From contig CAVPXM010000014.1 in the NCBI GenBank assembly GCA_963709405.1, positions 1-11,344 of the forward strand: a stretch of DNA of 11,344 nt. Reading direction: 5' to 3'. The DNA is from an uncultured Nitrososphaerales archaeon (GTDB lineage Archaea > Thermoproteota > Nitrososphaeria > Nitrososphaerales > Nitrososphaeraceae). Both the position numbers and the translations under genes were made by a program. This document shows, in pieces, positions 7,394 to 11,344 of the stretch. Below the pieces are notes generated by a model. It was not told where the DNA came from. It searched no databases and worked only from the letters and a program-made list of their open reading frames with translations. Within the stretch, counting starts at the first letter, position 1, and the number at the start of each line of letters is the position of its first letter.

Positions 7394-7918
7394 TCATGGC
7401 ACAATAGTAAACAATCCCGAGGACTTGAGCTTCTTAAATGCTTCAATTTCGTATTTGAACGCGTCAGATAACAATTTTGAAGACAATTTACTCTCAGTAG
7501 AGTTATTTGTTAATAGATAATTTCGGAAATGATTATTACTTTGAAGCTCAGATTCGAGACTCTTCGTATGTAGATCTGTAGCATTCTGATATTGCTTAGG
7601 AGGCTGCAACGCTTTTGACTCGTTAATGAGCTTTTCATATTTCGGTAAATAATTATTTGTAACTGAAATCATTGTCTTGTTATCACACTGATGTGACTTC
7701 CATTTAGCATATTCATTTTCGTAACTCTGAGTCAAATTATGAGCGTTATTTACTAGCTTTTCGAACGAATTAACAAAGGATGCTGTTGGTTGAGAAGATG
7801 ATGTACTATTTTGTGCGAATGATAATTGAGAGGAATAAGAAAATGTAACGATAGTAAATGCCAGGATGATCGATAATGATAATCTGGATGGACTAGTCAC
7901 GGATGGATTAAATTCCAA
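7394..7918 (-). CDS. Secreted hypothetical protein, predicted helical
   Basis: 174 aa with hydrophobic signal segment ending SFA-QN, a Ser/Thr linker and amphipathic helices; starts 2 bp after the upstream gene's stop. Confidence 0.85.
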   Translation of the reverse strand: MEFNPSVTSPSRLSLSIILAFTIVTFSYSSQLSFAQNSTSSSQPTASFVNSFEKLVNNAHNLTQSYENEYAKWKSHQCDNKTMISVTNNYLPKYEKLINESKALQPPKQYQNATDLHTKSLESELQSNNHFRNYLLTNNSTESKLSSKLLSDAFKYEIEAFKKLKSSGLFTIVP

Positions 7919-7920
7919 TT

Positions 7921-8277
7921 TTAATGCGTCACCGTTACAGGTTCAGACATTGTTGCGTTTGCTTTTCCAATCTCAGACAATGTCTTTTTGATAGAGTTCC
8001 AGAAATTATTCTCAAATGAATGTGCTCTATAACCTGACACTGCAGCTACAGGAATTGCAGCTACTCCTGCAGTCAGAACACCCGCTATTGCTGTTGGAAC
8101 GATAATGTCCTTGCCCCACGCACCAGTACGTAGAATTAAATCATAATTACCTTCATTGCCGCGTATCATTACCTCAACATGGATAATGTCCAGTTTGAGC
8201 TGTTGAAGATATTTTTTGATAAGATCATATAGTTGTGTGATCTCTACATTTTGCAGAGTAACATGTTCTTGTCTCAT
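7921..8277 (-). CDS. Hypothetical protein with a Gly/Ala-rich hydrophobic segment (118 aa; start moved from 8349 to ATG 8277)
   Basis: MRQEHVTL...IIVPTAIAGVLTAGVAAIPVAAVSG...; ATG 8277 is preceded by GGGGATA and a TATA box at the expected distance. Confidence 0.8.
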   Translation of the reverse strand: MRQEHVTLQNVEITQLYDLIKKYLQQLKLDIIHVEVMIRGNEGNYDLILRTGAWGKDIIVPTAIAGVLTAGVAAIPVAAVSGYRAHSFENNFWNSIKKTLSEIGKANATMSEPVTVTH

Positions 8278-8300
8278 TATCCCCTGTAAAGGGTAATCGC

Positions 8301-8316
8301 TATTATACTTTTTTTG
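8301..8316 (-). promoter_or_regulatory. BRE/TATA promoter of the 8277-7394 gene pair
   Basis: Minus strand CAAAAAAAGTATAATA, with the TATA element 24-31 nt upstream of ATG 8277. Confidence 0.5.
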
Positions 8317-8654
8317 ATAATAACGATATCGGGAACACATTATTATCAAGACAAGATCTATGATTTAAAATCTCATAACAAACTAGGGCCAAAGAATTCT
8401 CTGAGATACGAAGAGAATCAAAGCATTCTTGTTCAGATCTATTTGCCATCTGCAATCTGAGGTATAATTTGTCTTGTAGCAGAGGCTCCTAGATGAGATA
8501 AACTTATTCGAACCTACACAGCAAATTAGCTACCAATTTATTTCTCTGTTTTGTATTAGTGCATATTAAGAAGGATTGTTATATGGTTTATGCATGGATG
8601 GTTGATTATACATATCCAAATTTTATGGGATTATTGAAATAAAGAATCATTGAT

Positions 8655-9203
8655 TTGATGATTATGCAAAATATCATCCTTCAACCTGTTTTATTTCAGC
8701 CAGCTAAAGATATCATCTCTCTGTTAGAAAAGATTCTATCAGAAGGCTTTAATGCTTCTATTGTTACAGCTTCGCCAATAAAAGATATCTCTAATCAACT
8801 ATTAGATAAGCAAAGAAATCAATGGAAATCAAATGATATTTTACAATGGCTCTCATTCAAGTACAAACCATCTAAATCAACAAAAATACTGGCTTTGTGT
8901 GATTTTGATGCATATTCTGGTAGTCTGAATTTTGTGTTTGGAGAAGCATATGTAAATGGCAGCATATCAGCAATTTATCTTCCAAGGTTAAGACAAGAAT
9001 TCTATGGATTAAACCCAGACAAATCTCTCTTTTATCAAAGAATAGTCAAGGAAGCAGTACATGAATTGGGACATGCTTATGGGTTGAAACATTGTAACAA
9101 TATAAAGTGTGTAATGCATTTTAGCAACTCACTATCTGATACAGATTTCAAGACGAGTCGCTTTTGTAATATATGTAAATGTCTCATTTACAATTGTTCA
9201 TAA
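8655..9203 (+). CDS. amzA: Archaemetzincin, Zn-dependent metalloprotease (peptidase M54)
   Basis: LNFVFGEA, KEAVHELGHAYGLKHC-x4-CVMHFSNS (HExxHxxGxxH plus Met-turn) and terminal FCxxC completing the Cys4 Zn site. Start may be ATG 8658 or 8664. Confidence 0.95.
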   Translation: MMIMQNIILQPVLFQPAKDIISLLEKILSEGFNASIVTASPIKDISNQLLDKQRNQWKSNDILQWLSFKYKPSKSTKILALCDFDAYSGSLNFVFGEAYVNGSISAIYLPRLRQEFYGLNPDKSLFYQRIVKEAVHELGHAYGLKHCNNIKCVMHFSNSLSDTDFKTSRFCNICKCLIYNCS

Positions 9204-9236
9204 TTAGGAACAGCTATTCCTTAATGTAGTATACTA

Positions 9237-9540
9237 ATGGGAGGATTTGTTGTCTTTTTTGAACCTAAAGAAACCCGTATTGCTGTCCAAGAATCTGGCT
9301 AGATATATCATTATATTGAGGTTACCATTTTGATAATTTTTCGATGTTCCTATGGACATCATGTACTGATTGAATTCATATAGTTATCAAGATATAAAAA
9401 AGCGCGATGAACAGGTGAAAAAGAAAATTCAGATGAGCCAAGACAGAGTACCAAAACAACGCAAATCGATGCCGAAAGTATCACTCACGAACAAGATTAG
9501 AGATGCAATAACAAAGGACGTAAATTGGGGGCAATTATAG
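9237..9540 (+). pseudogene. Possible degraded hypothetical gene
   Basis: MGGFVVFFEPKETRIAVQESG*IYHYIEVTILIIFRCSYGHHVLIEFI* then, one frame over, SYQDIKKRDEQVKKKIQMSQDRVPKQRKSMPKVSLTNKIRDAITKDVNWGQL*. No family recognised. Confidence 0.3.
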
Positions 9541-9742
9541 TATTTAATAATAAGCATAGTTATCTCCTTAATAGGAACGCATATTTCATGATACCCTGAT
9601 TAAGCAAGGTCTTTACGTCTGGCTCTCTTCTCATGGAAGTCTAAGAACATCATGATACTATACTGAGCCCAATGAATACCTTCTCTCGTGTATTATAAGA
9701 CCCCTAACCTGTCCTTCTATCCGGCGGAATAGCTTAAGAAAA

Positions 9743-9961
9743 TCAGATAGAATTCAACGTTTTTGAATACTCTTCTAGGCCTCGCAAGATTTGATTTTTA
9801 CATAAAATGCATATTGTGGGTTTTTCCGCCTTTAGCCTCAGCTTTTGCAAATCTGCTTTGCCAGGATAGCAGGGGCGGCTAGTCCAAGTTGGTTTATTAT
9901 ATGGCTTTTGTAGCTGTCTTTGCTATTTGCCTTAGAGCCATCACAGTAATAGCATTGAAAT
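9743..9961 (-). pseudogene. Frameshifted CYYC-type zinc-finger tail of the 9962..10438 gene
   Basis: FQCYYCDGSKANSKDSYKSHII (from 9960) and, one frame over, SRPCYPGKADLQKLRLKAEKP...*; resembles a C2H2-like module I recall from Nitrososphaera proteins. Confidence 0.6.
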
Positions 9962-10438
9962 TCAAATAGGTGCCTGGCATTGCTTCCAAAGAGTTTCAAA
10001 TATGGCTAGATATGACGAAACAATTGATTTATTATTAGAGTATATCGATAATCCTGCTGCTTCATACATATTGTCCTTTGTATCGTCTTTTGTCTCTACT
10101 ATAATAGATTCTTTTCTATCAGCTAATACAATGACAACTCTATTGCTTTCTGTACTCTCATTTAAAGCTCTAACATCAAGTCCAAATGAAACCTCTTTTA
10201 ATTCCTTTATTATCTGCATAATTTGGTTGTCTACAGGTGTAAGTATTCTAAGTCTAACATTATTTTTTGAATATTCTTGATTTAGAAGCTGCATTGATAT
10301 ACCGGTGCGCACGTTCCGTCGGAAAGAATTGATCGTAGGAAATGCTACGAATAACTCTTCTTTTGCAGAGATCGAAATATCATAAGCGCGATCTATTGAT
10401 TCCTTTGCATTTTCTATAATCTCTACATTAACTAACAT
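9962..10438 (-). CDS. Stand-alone PLD/TrmB-like domain of the type found before HisKA in thaumarchaeal sensor kinases
   Basis: SAKEE...FPT.NSFRR...VRLRILTP...DRKESIIVETKDD.KDN.YEAAGLSIYSN.KSIV.SY.AIFETLWKQ; no H-box follows. Confidence 0.8.
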   Translation of the reverse strand: MLVNVEIIENAKESIDRAYDISISAKEELFVAFPTINSFRRNVRTGISMQLLNQEYSKNNVRLRILTPVDNQIMQIIKELKEVSFGLDVRALNESTESNRVVIVLADRKESIIVETKDDTKDNMYEAAGLSIYSNNKSIVSSYLAIFETLWKQCQAPI

Positions 10439-10634
10439 GCTAACGTAATATGTTTAGCAGCGAGCTATAAGTATTGCTCCTGTTGCAAAGTCAACTCGGT
10501 GACGTTAAGTATCGTATCTGAACTTTTTATCTAATGCACATGCTGATACCCTTCTTAAACAATGGTGTGTCTATGCCGAAAAAAACAGAAGCCATTATCA
10601 TTACTGCAAATATAATGCAGGAGATAAAACAAAT

Positions 10635-10759
10635 TAAAATTTCTGAATATATCTAGTTTGGTAGAGATTGCAAGATTATTTCAGGTTTTCAATATGAATA
10701 GAAGAAACTAGTAAGTAGAAAGGTAAGACTGTGTTGGCCCAAAAGTAAAATTTCTGAAT
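10635..10759. repeat. 14-bp direct repeat pair
   Basis: TAAAATTTCTGAAT at 10635-10648 and 10746-10759, each followed closely by TATCT. Confidence 0.6.
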
Positions 10760-11241
10760 TATCTTGATCAAGAAAGCTTATTACGAGTTTGTGGGGGGTA
10801 TCATCCATATATTGTTATCGTATTACACTGTTACCATTATACATTTATCAATTATTTAAGACTTTTTTGATATTTATTATACTTTTGTAAGGTTGATGTA
10901 GTAATAATTTATATGCAACCATCTAGGGTAATGAAGTAGAATTTGTTGCATTATAATGTGAGATACAGAGGATCAGCGATCATCAGTACTCATGTCCTGA
11001 AGAGTAAGTGGTGGTGGCATAAACTAAATGAAGCAAGTTCGAGTACGTGTATAGTACAATGCCTCTGTTTGAGGTCTTTTGGCAAAATTTTCCAATATAT
11101 AGCATTTTGTACATTGCAAAGAAATTTTTTCCTACTGGAAATGATAAGTAATTAAACATTTTCCAAATAATCCAGCAGAATAAAAAATTTCAAGGCTAAC
11201 ACAAGATTTTTTATTCTTGGTAATCTCTTAACCTCAGTAAT

Positions 11242-11344
11242 ATGTCGAGTGTGAACAAGAATTTGCATATTCCAGAAAAGGAAGGAGCGTTAGTACTTCA
11301 AGGTGGATGGTCACTTGGTGCGTATGAAGCTGGAGCATATAGAT
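11242..11344 (+). CDS. Patatin-like phospholipase, N-terminus (runs off window; not in ORF track)
   Basis: MSSVNKNLHIPEKEGALVLQGGWSLGAYEAGAYR matches the patatin glycine-rich block ALVLxGGGxxGAYxxG apart from G to W. Confidence 0.85.
   Translation, partial: MSSVNKNLHIPEKEGALVLQGGWSLGAYEAGAYR

Noticed and set aside
7064-7520. Plus-strand ORFs 7064-7264 and 7299-7520
   Set aside because: Antisense to minus-strand coding sequence; no motifs.
10002-10280. 92-aa plus-strand hydrophobic ORF
   Set aside because: Antisense shadow of 9962..10438.
10943-11155. 70-aa TTG-start ORF
   Set aside because: Atypical composition, no motif or clear promoter.
1-11344. CRISPR array, tRNA/rRNA, IS element or integrase
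   Set aside because: No regularly spaced repeats, cloverleaf or rRNA-like GC-rich tract, terminal inverted repeats or recombinase motifs seen by eye; a covariance-model search was not run.

Overview
AT-rich archaeal-type accessory region. The protein families and TATA-style leaderless promoters suggest a soil ammonia-oxidising archaeon (Nitrososphaeraceae); this is inferred from family recognition, not a database search. Intact recognisable genes: a class III nucleotidyl cyclase (4824-5576), an archaemetzincin (8655-9203), a small DUF3303/GYD-like protein, two secreted or membrane hypotheticals, and the start of a patatin-like phospholipase at the right edge. Manual translation shows much that the ORF track misses. 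(i) The left-edge SHOCT protein continues upstream across a +1 frameshift and is built from tandem Zn-finger/'YxGGHK' PH-like modules. (ii) The class II aldolase is split by one extra base. (iii) A 51-aa TFS-like zinc ribbon completes a three-gene cassette (Zn ribbon, PolB2-associated-type helical protein, Zn ribbon). (iv) A decayed DUF72 gene ends in a canonical PCNA-binding PIP box. (v) A kinase-less PLD/TrmB-like sensor domain reads into a CYYC zinc finger after a one-base correction. No rRNA, tRNA, CRISPR array or transposase was seen. Some indels may be sequencing errors.
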